From NCBI GenBank assembly GCA_964463595.1, contig CAYXDM010000001.1, forward strand, positions 8,130 through 45,926: DNA of 37,797 nucleotides, written 5' to 3'. The first letter of the stretch is position 1, and each line of letters opens with the position of its first letter. Shown piece after piece: positions 25,381 through 34,725 of this stretch. The position numbers and the translations under genes were made by a program. A model generated the notes under the pieces. That model worked only from the letters and a program-made list of their open reading frames with translations, was not told where the DNA came from and did not search any database. The stretch comes from an uncultured Aequorivita sp. (GTDB lineage Bacteria > Bacteroidota > Bacteroidia > Flavobacteriales > Flavobacteriaceae).

Positions 25381-28300
25381 ATGCTAAAAAAGATAGCTTC
25401 CGTTCTTTTCTCTACCCGATTGACCGCCGTTCTGTTCCTTGTTTTTGCCGTAGCCATGGCCGCAGGGACATTTATGGACGCGTCCTCCCAGACCCCGCCA
25501 ACCCCATATACCCGCGAACTTATTTATAATGCCTGGTGGTTTGAGGCCATTATGGCCATTTTTATCATAAATTTCGTCGGCAATATTTTTCGCTATAATC
25601 TCCATAAAAGGAAAATGTGGGCTTCGCTAATGCTCCACCTATCACTGATCCTGGTAATATTTGGAGCCTTTGTTACCCGATATATTGGGTTTGAGGGCGT
25701 AATGCATATTCGCGAGGGCCAAACTGCGAGCGCCATCCTTTCCGAACATACCTACCTTGATGTTTTTATTGATGGTGATTATATGGTGGATGGCGTAGCA
25801 CAGCGCCGCAAACTGAGACCCAAGAAACTCCGACTTTCCGAAAGACTGAATAATGATTTCGAAATCAACACAGATTATGATGGCCAACCCGTAAAAATAA
25901 GCTATAAGGAATTCATCAAAGGAGCAAAAGAAGGATTGATCCCGGATGAAAATGGAGAAGAATACCTGAAAATTGTGGAATCCAGCACCGGCGAACGCCA
26001 TGACCATTGGGTGAAGAGCGGAGAGGTTTCCAATATCCACAATATTTTGTTTGCCATCAACAAACCGACGGAAGGAGCCATAAACATTAATACTTCCGAC
26101 GACGGCACGTACACGATTTCCAGTCCTTTTGAAGGTGATTACTTGCGTATGGCAGATCAACAAGAGGGCACAGTGGCCGCAGATAGCGTCCAGGATTTTA
26201 ATCTAGCCTCCCTCTATCAGTTGGGAGGGATAGGATTTGTGGTGCCCGAGCCATTGACCAGGGGTAAATTTGGCGTAGTAAGAGCAGAAGCCGATGAGCC
26301 TTCAAACCTGGATGCCCTTATCGTTGAGGTTAGCTCAAAGGATGAATCCAAAACGGTGGCCCTGCTCGGAGGGAGGGGAAGTGCGCCCAATCCAACAGAG
26401 ACCGAGATTGCCGGTTTGAAGGTCTATATGAGCTACGGCTCCGAGAATATTGAACTTCCCTTTAGCATTACTTTGAATGATTTTATCGCGGAAAAATATC
26501 CGGGTACCGAAAAGGGATATTCCTCCTTTATGAGCAAGGTTACCGTAATAGATGAAAACAATGAACACTTTGATGCTGATATTTATATGAACAATGTTCT
26601 GGACCATAAGGGCTACAGGTTTTTTCAAGCAGGTTTCGATCCGGACGAGCGTGGAACCATCCTGTCTGTTAACCACGATTGGTGGGGCACCTGGATCACC
26701 TATATCGGTTATTTCTTTTTGTATATTGGGTGTATGGCTATTTTGTTCAGCAAGCACAGCCGTTTTGGTAAATTGGAAATCATGTTGGATCGTATCAAGC
26801 GCAAGAAGAAGAAAATGATGACCATACTGGTGCTTTTTCTGGGTTTAACGGGTATGGCCCAGGAACCTGCCGCCCATACCAGCATCCCCAAACAACAAAT
26901 TGATTCCCTTATCATCGCAAATGCGGTGAGCAAGGAACATGCGGACAAATTTGGACATCTTCTTATCCAGGATAATGGCCGGATGAAGCCCATCAATACC
27001 TTTGCCAGTGAACTATTGCGAAAGGTGAGCAGGAGCGATCATTACGAAGGACTAAATGCAGATCAGGTTTTTATTTCGATGTCCGAGTTCCCCCGACTTT
27101 GGGTGGAAGTACCGCTCATAGCACTTAAACGAGGAAATGATAGTATCCGCCATGTAGCCGGAGTGCCGGACGGACAGCGGAATGTTTCCTTGATGGATCT
27201 CTTTGACTCCCGGGGCAACTACAAATTGGAGCCCTACTTGGCCGCTGCCACGCGCACTACCACGCCCAACCAGTACCAAAAGGATTTTATAAAAGCCCAC
27301 GAAAACTTTTCATTGATGAACGCCGCCCTGAGCGGTAGTATATTGAAGATTTTTCCAATCCCTGGTGATGAAGGAAACAAATGGGTGTCCTACCCAGAAT
27401 TGGGGGAAGCTAACTTAACCGGGATGGATTCCCTTTATGCCAGGAACATTCTTCCTATGTATTTCGAAAGCTTGAAAAAGGCACGCGAAACGGGAGATTA
27501 TTCACAAGCGGATGATTTTCTGGAAAGCATAACCAATTTCCAAAAGAAATATGGTGCTGAAGTTATGCCTTCGGAAAATAGACTTTTGGCAGAAACCATC
27601 TATAACAAAGCCGATATCTTCAATCGTTTGTACAAGTATTTTGGGGTATTTGGAATCTTGATGTTCGTCGTTATCATTGCCCAACTTTTCAAGGATCGAA
27701 AAATACTACGGATATTTATAAAGGGTACCAAAATAATTATGTGGTTTCTCTTTGCGCTGATGACGCTCGGACTCGCCCTCAGATGGTACGTCAGTGGTCA
27801 TGCTCCGTGGAGCGATGCTTATGAATCGGTTATTTATGTAGCTTGGGCCACCGTGTTCTTCGGGCTCTCCTTTGGAAGAAAAAGTGATTTGACGGTGGCA
27901 TCCACGGCTTTTGTCGGGGCCATTATTTTATGGGTGGCGCATCAAAACTGGTTGGATCCTTCCATTGCCAACCTACAGCCAGTTTTGGACAGTTATTGGT
28001 TGATGATCCACGTGGCGGTAATTGTAATGAGCTATGGTCCGTTTACCCTCGGAATGATTTTGGGAGCTATTTCCTTGTTGCTTATGATTTTTACCACCAA
28101 AAAGAATTATAAGCTTATGGAAATCAACATCAGCGAACTTACGGTCATCAACGAAATGGCGCTGACTGCCGGGTTGGTCCTATTGATAATAGGGAATTTC
28201 CTCGGGGGTCAATGGGCAAACGAAAGCTGGGGCCGATACTGGGGATGGGATCCCAAAGAAACCTGGGCGCTGATAAGTATTATGGTTTATGCCTTCGTTA

Positions 28301-28560
28301 TTCACGCCAGGTTGGTTCCCGGACTACGGGGACGTTGGACCTTTAACGTGCTTGCCCTTTTTGCCTATTCTTCGATAATGATGACTTATTTTGGGGTAAA
28401 CTTTTATCTCAGTGGGCTTCATTCCTACGCCAGCGGAGACGCACCTGCTACACCCACCTTTGTGTGGTGGATAACCCTTTTTGCGGTAATATTGAGTACG
28501 GTGGCGTATTTCAGGTATAAAAAATACTATATGAAAAAACCCAAAGCCAGAAAAAAATAA
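25381..28560 (+). CDS. ccsA: System II cytochrome c biogenesis protein, fused CcsB/ResB-CcsA (CcsBA)
   Basis: N-terminal ResB-like region (YNAWWFE, LH...GA..TRY, MNNVL...GYRFFQ). C-terminal WWD domain WANESWGRYWGWDPKETW, plus WLMIHV and GLHSYA. Confidence 0.93.
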   Translation: MLKKIASVLFSTRLTAVLFLVFAVAMAAGTFMDASSQTPPTPYTRELIYNAWWFEAIMAIFIINFVGNIFRYNLHKRKMWASLMLHLSLILVIFGAFVTRYIGFEGVMHIREGQTASAILSEHTYLDVFIDGDYMVDGVAQRRKLRPKKLRLSERLNNDFEINTDYDGQPVKISYKEFIKGAKEGLIPDENGEEYLKIVESSTGERHDHWVKSGEVSNIHNILFAINKPTEGAININTSDDGTYTISSPFEGDYLRMADQQEGTVAADSVQDFNLASLYQLGGIGFVVPEPLTRGKFGVVRAEADEPSNLDALIVEVSSKDESKTVALLGGRGSAPNPTETEIAGLKVYMSYGSENIELPFSITLNDFIAEKYPGTEKGYSSFMSKVTVIDENNEHFDADIYMNNVLDHKGYRFFQAGFDPDERGTILSVNHDWWGTWITYIGYFFLYIGCMAILFSKHSRFGKLEIMLDRIKRKKKKMMTILVLFLGLTGMAQEPAAHTSIPKQQIDSLIIANAVSKEHADKFGHLLIQDNGRMKPINTFASELLRKVSRSDHYEGLNADQVFISMSEFPRLWVEVPLIALKRGNDSIRHVAGVPDGQRNVSLMDLFDSRGNYKLEPYLAAATRTTTPNQYQKDFIKAHENFSLMNAALSGSILKIFPIPGDEGNKWVSYPELGEANLTGMDSLYARNILPMYFESLKKARETGDYSQADDFLESITNFQKKYGAEVMPSENRLLAETIYNKADIFNRLYKYFGVFGILMFVVIIAQLFKDRKILRIFIKGTKIIMWFLFALMTLGLALRWYVSGHAPWSDAYESVIYVAWATVFFGLSFGRKSDLTVASTAFVGAIILWVAHQNWLDPSIANLQPVLDSYWLMIHVAVIVMSYGPFTLGMILGAISLLLMIFTTKKNYKLMEINISELTVINEMALTAGLVLLIIGNFLGGQWANESWGRYWGWDPKETWALISIMVYAFVIHARLVPGLRGRWTFNVLALFAYSSIMMTYFGVNFYLSGLHSYASGDAPATPTFVWWITLFAVILSTVAYFRYKKYYMKKPKARKK

Positions 28561-28702
28561 CGGGCAAAATCCCTGGATCGGATTTTTCTGATGGCCAAGT
28601 GGAAGGGAAGGGGTGCGTTGTTAAAACTTATGTTATAATCTTGCCCTAGCTGCTGCAAGTTTCGTTTTATATTATTATTTTGCGATAACAAAAACATTGG
28701 CT

Positions 28703-29728
28703 ATGAAACGATTCCTCTTAATTTTTGCGCTTTCGGCTTTTTTGTTGGCCTGTAAGAATGAAAAATCCGATTCGGTAAAAGGTGATGGGTATGAGGATTT
28801 ATATCCCGTTGCCACCACTTTTTTTCAACCGATCTCCTCTTTGGAACTCGAAGAGCCCGATCCCAAAAAGGTTACATTGGGAAAATATTTGTTCTTTGAC
28901 ACCCGATTGTCTGGAGAGGGAAATATAAGTTGCAACTCCTGTCATAATTTAAATACATATGGCGTGGACAATATGCGTTTCTCACCTGGGGATGCTCCTG
29001 GCACCATTGGCGGCAGAAATTCCCCCACCGTTTTTCACGCGGCTCTTCACAAAATGCAATTCTGGGATGGCCGCGCAGCTGATGTTGAGGAGCAGGCCGG
29101 AGGGCCCATCCTAAATCCGCTGGAACATAACATCAAGGACGAAAAGCAGTTGATAGACCGCTTAAAACAGGTGGAACTGTACCAAGGTCTCTTTGCAGAC
29201 GCTTACGGCACGGAAGATCCCATCACTTTCGCGAACCTTACCAATGCCATTGGCGCCTTTGAACGTACCCTGATTCCGGAAAGTAGGTTTGATGCTTATC
29301 TTGAGGGCGATCAAGATGCTTTGCAGACACAAGAGAAAAAAGGCCTGAAAACTTTTATTGATTCGGGATGTATAACCTGTCACAGCGGTCCTGCACTTGG
29401 AGGGCAAATGTTACAGAAATTCGGCCTCTTTCACGACTATTGGAAACATACGGAATCTGAAGAAGTGGATCTCGGATTGTTTGTTATCAGTGAGCGGGAA
29501 TCGGAGAAATATTTCTTTAAAGTTCCGGGTCTGCGGAATATCGTACACACGGCTCCTTATTTCCATGATGGCTCCGTGGAGGCATTGGATGATGCCGTCC
29601 GCATTATGGGGAAATTACAGCGCAATGTAGATTTGTCGGATGAGGAGGTAAATGATATCATCGCATTTTTGGGAAGTCTATCTTCAGATATTCCCGAGGA
29701 AGTGAAACAATCTCCATTTACGGAATGA
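28703..29728 (+). CDS. Di-haem cytochrome c peroxidase (bCcP/MauG superfamily), lipoprotein
   Basis: Lipobox LLAC; two CxxCH motifs (CNSCH, CITCH); RNSPT, QFWDGRA, FKVPGLRN, TAPYFHDGS and AVRIM (axial Met). Confidence 0.92.
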   Translation: MKRFLLIFALSAFLLACKNEKSDSVKGDGYEDLYPVATTFFQPISSLELEEPDPKKVTLGKYLFFDTRLSGEGNISCNSCHNLNTYGVDNMRFSPGDAPGTIGGRNSPTVFHAALHKMQFWDGRAADVEEQAGGPILNPLEHNIKDEKQLIDRLKQVELYQGLFADAYGTEDPITFANLTNAIGAFERTLIPESRFDAYLEGDQDALQTQEKKGLKTFIDSGCITCHSGPALGGQMLQKFGLFHDYWKHTESEEVDLGLFVISERESEKYFFKVPGLRNIVHTAPYFHDGSVEALDDAVRIMGKLQRNVDLSDEEVNDIIAFLGSLSSDIPEEVKQSPFTE

Positions 29729-29806
29729 TATTAAGTGAGGAACTTACTTGCGAAATTCAATTTTGTAATTTTATATATTCCTTATTAACCTATTTTTTTA
29801 TAACTG

Positions 29807-30484
29807 TTATTTATTTCCTGTTTCAATTGATACGAGGCCTTCATGGATTGCGTATTTGATTAGGCCTACTATTGATTTCGTTTTGGTTTTAATAAAGATG
29901 TTTCGCCGGTGTGCTTCCACGGTCCGCTCGCTTATAAAGAGTTTTTCCCCAATTTGCTCATTGCTCAATTCCTTTGCAATTAGTTTTAGGACCGCTAATT
30001 CACGGGTGGAAAGTACCGCATTTTGTCCTTCTTTCGGGTCCATCAGATCCACTGGGTTCATCAAATTTTCCATAATGATGTTTTGAGTGTTGGCACTCAG
30101 GAATTTACCATTATCGAAAACTGTTTTTATCGCGTCAATAACTTCGCCCATATTGGTTCGTTTCAGCACATAGCCCGATGCTCCAGCTCGTAACATTTTG
30201 GTTATAACGGCGATGTCTTCGTGCATGGTCAGGGCAATAACTTTGATGTTGGGGTATAATTCCCTGATTTTTTGAGTGGCTTCAATACCCGAAACATCGG
30301 GCATATTGATATCCATCAAAATTATATCGATGGGCTGTTCTTCCAAAAATTTTAAAGTATCGGCCAGCGAATTGGCGCCGCTTACAAAGGCGATTTCTTC
30401 TTCGTCCTCCAGCAGCGATTTCAATCCCTGGATCATAAGTTGATGGTCATCGACGATGAGGACCTTAATTTGTTGAGTAGCCAT
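29807..30484 (-). CDS. NarL/LuxR family DNA-binding response regulator
   Basis: VDDH, LMDINMP (phospho-Asp), ALTM and GYVLK; LuxR HTH LSTRE...IGEKLFISERTVEAHR. Confidence 0.95.
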   Translation of the reverse strand: MATQQIKVLIVDDHQLMIQGLKSLLEDEEEIAFVSGANSLADTLKFLEEQPIDIILMDINMPDVSGIEATQKIRELYPNIKVIALTMHEDIAVITKMLRAGASGYVLKRTNMGEVIDAIKTVFDNGKFLSANTQNIIMENLMNPVDLMDPKEGQNAVLSTRELAVLKLIAKELSNEQIGEKLFISERTVEAHRRNIFIKTKTKSIVGLIKYAIHEGLVSIETGNK

Positions 30485-30493
30485 ACTTTAATT

Positions 30494-32440
30494 TTAATCT
30501 AGCGGAATAAATATACTTATTATGGTCCCCCTTCCTTTTTTCGAATCAATAAAGAGCGTACCGTTTAGGTTTTTTATTCCGGATTTAATATGTGATAGAC
30601 CAAAACTGGATTTCTCCCATTGGGGGTTTACATCAAAGCCCTCTCCATTATCTTCGGCCATTAGGGTGATCTGATTATTGTCCTGGGCAAGTTGTATAAA
30701 GAGTTCGGTGGCTTTGGAATGTTTTATGGTGTTGTTTACAATTTCCTGGATCGCCCTGTATAAAACATTCTCAAGCAATTCATCCATTTTGGAATCCAGT
30801 CCAAAAGTATCAAAGGTTATTTTCAATTTTGAGCTTTGATTGATTTTTGCCGAAATGCTGTTCAGCGCGCCTTTCAGACCTTGGCCAGAAAGAAGGGAAG
30901 GGGATAGGTTGTGCGAAATATTTCGTACTTCGTCAAAAGCTTCGTCTATGCTTTCGGTGAGCGAGGTGAGAAGTTCCCGTGTTTTTTCGCAGGATAAATC
31001 CCTGCGTTTTTGTAACACGCTAACGTGCAACCCTGAAAGGGACAGTAAATAACCGATCCGATCGTGCAGTTCGCTCCCTATTCTTTTCCTTTCCCGGATT
31101 TCCGCTTCAAGGGCAGCTTTCGATTTTTGCTTGGTCAGTGCAATTATTGTTTCTTGTAATTTGTTCTTTTGCTTATGGCGATGGTTCCTGTAGACTAAAT
31201 AAAGCCCAGCAAGACCCAAAGCAAAAATCAAGATGGTAAGAATGAGCAGATTGTTTTTATTGCGTATTGCCAATTCCTTTTTTTCCAGTTCCAGACTTTG
31301 CATTTTGTTCTGTTGGTTAAGATGGGTCACTTCCACGTCGTAAATTTGACCTATAACTGTTTGATCTGCCAGCTTCTGACGGTCCTTAATATATTCCCTG
31401 AAATTTTTCAAACCGTTTTCGTAGTCTCCATTGGCGTCATAAATGTCTGACAACAACTTGTGGGCCTCACTAGTCAAGACCAAACTACTGTTGGCCTCGG
31501 CCCAAGATTTCACTTCAAACCCAATATTGAGGGCTTCATTTATTCTTCCCATTTTGAGCATAGCCCTTGCGAACCCAATTTTCGAAAGGAATTTTTGATG
31601 GGTCAAATTGGCTTCTTCAGCAATTTCTATGCTCTTTGAATAGGCATCCAGAGCCTTTTCGGTCTGTTTCGTTTCCAAAAAGGTATTTCCCAGGGTTTGG
31701 TAGGAGATACATAAACTGTAATGGTTGTTTACCTGTTCTGAAAGTTGCATAGCTTTCTCCAAATAGCCGAAGGCACGTTCGGGATCTTTTTTGGAATAAC
31801 AGATGGCAATATTGTTCAGTATGGAGGCCTCCAAAATGATATCCTTTTGTTCAATGGTTGGATCCAATGCTTTTTCGAAATAAGTGAGGGCCTTGTCTGT
31901 GTGGTTCATATTCAAAAACATAACCCCTATATTATTTAACGTCCCGATTTTTTTCTCAGGTTCCTTGGCCAAATCATAATAATCCAAAGCGGTAAAATAA
32001 TAGGTATATGCGGTTTTTGCATTTCCGATCTCATTGAAGATCATCCCCAGGTTGTTGTTGATACTCGCAATTTCACGATAAAATTGAATCTCTTCGGCCA
32101 GGGCCAAAGCTTGGTTATAATATTTTATGGCCTTGGGATAATCGGTTTCAAGAACATAGGACGAACCAATAAATTTTAAAAGAATAATTCTTGAACCCGG
32201 GTCCATCGAACCTATGGAATCGAGAAGTTTCATCGATTTATTTCTAGCTGCCAACGGATCCTCATAAAGCAGGGCATGGATCTCATCCGAAATTTCTGGG
32301 GCCAATGCAAGATTATCGGTTTTTCCTGGAATCAATTCCGAGGGTTTTGACCGATTGCAGGAATAGACCAATAAGATAAAAACCATGAGAACAAGGATTC
32401 TTCCGGTTCCCACACTCCAGGCTTTATATATATTTTTCAC
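30494..32440 (-). CDS. Tetratricopeptide-repeat sensor histidine kinase (HisKA_3/NarQ type)
   Basis: TPR units (NNLGMIF, NNIGVMF, NNIAICY, QTLGNTF), one TM helix, ELHD H-box, QEIVNNTIKHS, EDNGEGF and GRGT. Start uncertain: GTG 32440 gives a signal ending in a VYSC lipobox; ATG 32386 is the alternative. Confidence 0.88.
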   Translation of the reverse strand: MKNIYKAWSVGTGRILVLMVFILLVYSCNRSKPSELIPGKTDNLALAPEISDEIHALLYEDPLAARNKSMKLLDSIGSMDPGSRIILLKFIGSSYVLETDYPKAIKYYNQALALAEEIQFYREIASINNNLGMIFNEIGNAKTAYTYYFTALDYYDLAKEPEKKIGTLNNIGVMFLNMNHTDKALTYFEKALDPTIEQKDIILEASILNNIAICYSKKDPERAFGYLEKAMQLSEQVNNHYSLCISYQTLGNTFLETKQTEKALDAYSKSIEIAEEANLTHQKFLSKIGFARAMLKMGRINEALNIGFEVKSWAEANSSLVLTSEAHKLLSDIYDANGDYENGLKNFREYIKDRQKLADQTVIGQIYDVEVTHLNQQNKMQSLELEKKELAIRNKNNLLILTILIFALGLAGLYLVYRNHRHKQKNKLQETIIALTKQKSKAALEAEIRERKRIGSELHDRIGYLLSLSGLHVSVLQKRRDLSCEKTRELLTSLTESIDEAFDEVRNISHNLSPSLLSGQGLKGALNSISAKINQSSKLKITFDTFGLDSKMDELLENVLYRAIQEIVNNTIKHSKATELFIQLAQDNNQITLMAEDNGEGFDVNPQWEKSSFGLSHIKSGIKNLNGTLFIDSKKGRGTIISIFIPLD

Positions 32441-32530
32441 ATTACAAGATTTACCCACTGAACCTACTTTATACAAATTTGAAATTAAATACCTAAAATC
32501 ATTAAGAATATGTCGAGAAAAATGAAAAAT

Positions 32531-32546
32531 TAAGTGCTGGCACTTA
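32531..32546. promoter_or_regulatory. Perfect 7-2-7 inverted repeat, candidate response-regulator operator
   Basis: TAAGTGC-TG-GCACTTA in the divergent gap between the kinase and the T9SS cargo gene. Confidence 0.55.
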
Positions 32547-32644
32547 GTTGGGTTATTAAAAAATAGCAGGAATCCCCAATTGTATATCAGCATAAATTAA
32601 AGTTTCTTTGACAATATTAATTCCTAAATTAAATACAAACACAC

Positions 32645-34324
32645 ATGGAAAAAGCTAAAACATTACTCTTTCTTCTTTCTTTCGTCTTTTTGGTGCCTTT
32701 TTCAAACTTTGGGCAGACCGCCATTTTTTCGGAAGGTTTTGATTACCCGTTGGGGGATCTTCCCACAATATGGGTTATAGACGCAGATCAACCCCCCGAA
32801 TGGTCGATCAATCAATCGCAAATTGCTGGGGGAGTATATCCCGAATTATATATGGGGTACGGAATGCAAGCGGGACTCAGCAGACTTATTTCGCCCGCCA
32901 TAGACATCGGCAGCCAAAAGGAACTGGCCATTCGCTACAAACAGTATATGATAAATTATGCAATGGATTGGGGTGAAACCATAGGTATGGATGTTACCTT
33001 CGACAATGGGGAAAATTGGCAGGTACTATGGGAAAGACCTTTGGGCAGGCTAAACATTCCGCAGGATGAATTTGTCTATTTTGTGAACGCTCCAGAAGCT
33101 GCTACCCACATGAAAATTGCCTTTCGTTTTGAAGGAAACAACCAGGGAATCAACGGTTGGGCAATAGACGATATTGTAGTGGAAGAGGTAGTGGAAAGTG
33201 ATTTGTTGGCAACAAATATTTCCGGTAATGCGGCACCTGTCGCGGCCCAGGAAACGACTTATACCGTGGAAATAACGAACGGGGGAACATTGCTCCAATC
33301 GGATTATACCGTTATCTTAATGGACGAGGAAGGCAATGTGCTGGCAAATGCCACCGGCGGATCTATTGCATTCGGAGAAAAGATAAACGTGGAACTGACC
33401 TGGACACCGGGAGAAAATGTGGTGGGCCCACACATGATCTATGCAATCGTTGAATCTGATCTGGATCAGAATCCTGAAAACAACCAATCCCGAAACTTGA
33501 TCATAAATGTGCAAGCAGAAGGCGTTGAAGAAGTTTCGATTGGGGATGGAGAAATAGTTATGCAGCACTCTATCCCGTTTAATGGATATGTACCGCATAA
33601 TCTAGCACAGACTCTATATCTTTCGGAAGAGATAGGAATAGCAGGCTTGCCAATGACCGGTATTATGTACACGAGCCAATTTGATGAGGACGTAGCAGAA
33701 GTGCCCATTCAAATATATTTGGCCCAGACGGACCTCACCGATCTGGAAGAAGGATGGTTGATTCCCCATGCTTTTCAGTTGGTTTTTGACGGTACCGTCG
33801 ATTTTCAGAAGGGATTCAATTCCCTTTATATTCCTTTTGATACGCCTTATGAGTATGGAGGTGGAAACCTAGTAGTCTATACCAATAAAAGTTATCCGGA
33901 GCAGATTTTATGGACCACTTTTATGGGCACATTTAACGACAACATCATACGCTCAAGGAATTTGGATGGGTATGAGGAGCCTTTGGATCCGATGGATCCA
34001 CCAAATGGTTATCCGGTTTTTGAATCGCCAAATATCACCTTGTTTTTTGCCTCGGGCGAGCTATCTGTAATCGACAATCAGCAATTGGACAATATTGTTG
34101 TTTACCCCAACCCCGCAGAAAATATAGTGAATATTCAAACCGGAATGGGACAAACTATCCTGAAAATACAATTGATCAATTCCTTGGGACAAGTGGTTTT
34201 TAATAGGGACCTCGATCAAACCGACCAATATACCTTGGACGTGGAACATCTAAAATCTGGCTTTTATGTACTTCAGGTAAGCACTTCTGAAGGGAGCATT
34301 TCCAAAAAGTTGATGATCCGTTAA
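32645..34324 (+). CDS. T9SS type A sorting domain (CTD) protein with beta-sandwich and CARDB/Ig-like domains
   Basis: Signal peptide ending NFG-Q; GWAIDDI cleaved-adhesin/MAM-like motif; DL...N.G...D.N..NN CARDB-like pattern; CTD VYPNP...INSLGQ...LKSGFYVLQV...KKLMIR. Confidence 0.88.
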   Translation: MEKAKTLLFLLSFVFLVPFSNFGQTAIFSEGFDYPLGDLPTIWVIDADQPPEWSINQSQIAGGVYPELYMGYGMQAGLSRLISPAIDIGSQKELAIRYKQYMINYAMDWGETIGMDVTFDNGENWQVLWERPLGRLNIPQDEFVYFVNAPEAATHMKIAFRFEGNNQGINGWAIDDIVVEEVVESDLLATNISGNAAPVAAQETTYTVEITNGGTLLQSDYTVILMDEEGNVLANATGGSIAFGEKINVELTWTPGENVVGPHMIYAIVESDLDQNPENNQSRNLIINVQAEGVEEVSIGDGEIVMQHSIPFNGYVPHNLAQTLYLSEEIGIAGLPMTGIMYTSQFDEDVAEVPIQIYLAQTDLTDLEEGWLIPHAFQLVFDGTVDFQKGFNSLYIPFDTPYEYGGGNLVVYTNKSYPEQILWTTFMGTFNDNIIRSRNLDGYEEPLDPMDPPNGYPVFESPNITLFFASGELSVIDNQQLDNIVVYPNPAENIVNIQTGMGQTILKIQLINSLGQVVFNRDLDQTDQYTLDVEHLKSGFYVLQVSTSEGSISKKLMIR

Positions 34325-34400
34325 TCGGATACATGAAAGATCGGCTTTTGCCTTTTCCGCCAGACACTCGATAGTATCTTTCCAAACTTGGGAAATAATC

Positions 34401-34428
34401 GAAGCCGCTTCAAGCGGCTTTGGTTTTT
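34401..34428 (+). terminator. Rho-independent terminator
   Basis: AAGCCGCTT-C-AAGCGGCTT inverted repeat followed by TGGTTTTT, downstream of the T9SS cargo gene. Confidence 0.7.
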
Positions 34429-34725
34429 ATAAAACTGGGCGATTGTCCTGGGAAACCAAATTTTAAGATTCAAAAATTATAATCCCATTTTAAGGTTTTT
34501 ATTTCTCCATTTTCTCCTTGCGGTTTCCCTTGTCGTCCACCGTATTTCTCACTCTCCAATATCCTTGTAAAGTTCCAAAATTAACTTTTGATAGCTAATT
34601 TTTTATTAATTCCAGTCCATCATTTAAATTAATGTGGAAAAAGGAAATTTAAAAACGTATTTTCGGATTTGAAATTGAATCTTATGGGGCTTTTAAACAA
34701 TCTAAAATTCGAAATTAACTAAAGA

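Noticed and set aside
34430-34630. Short purine-rich minus-strand frames between the T9SS and ABC genes
   Set aside because: They are interrupted by stops, have no credible start and resemble no family.
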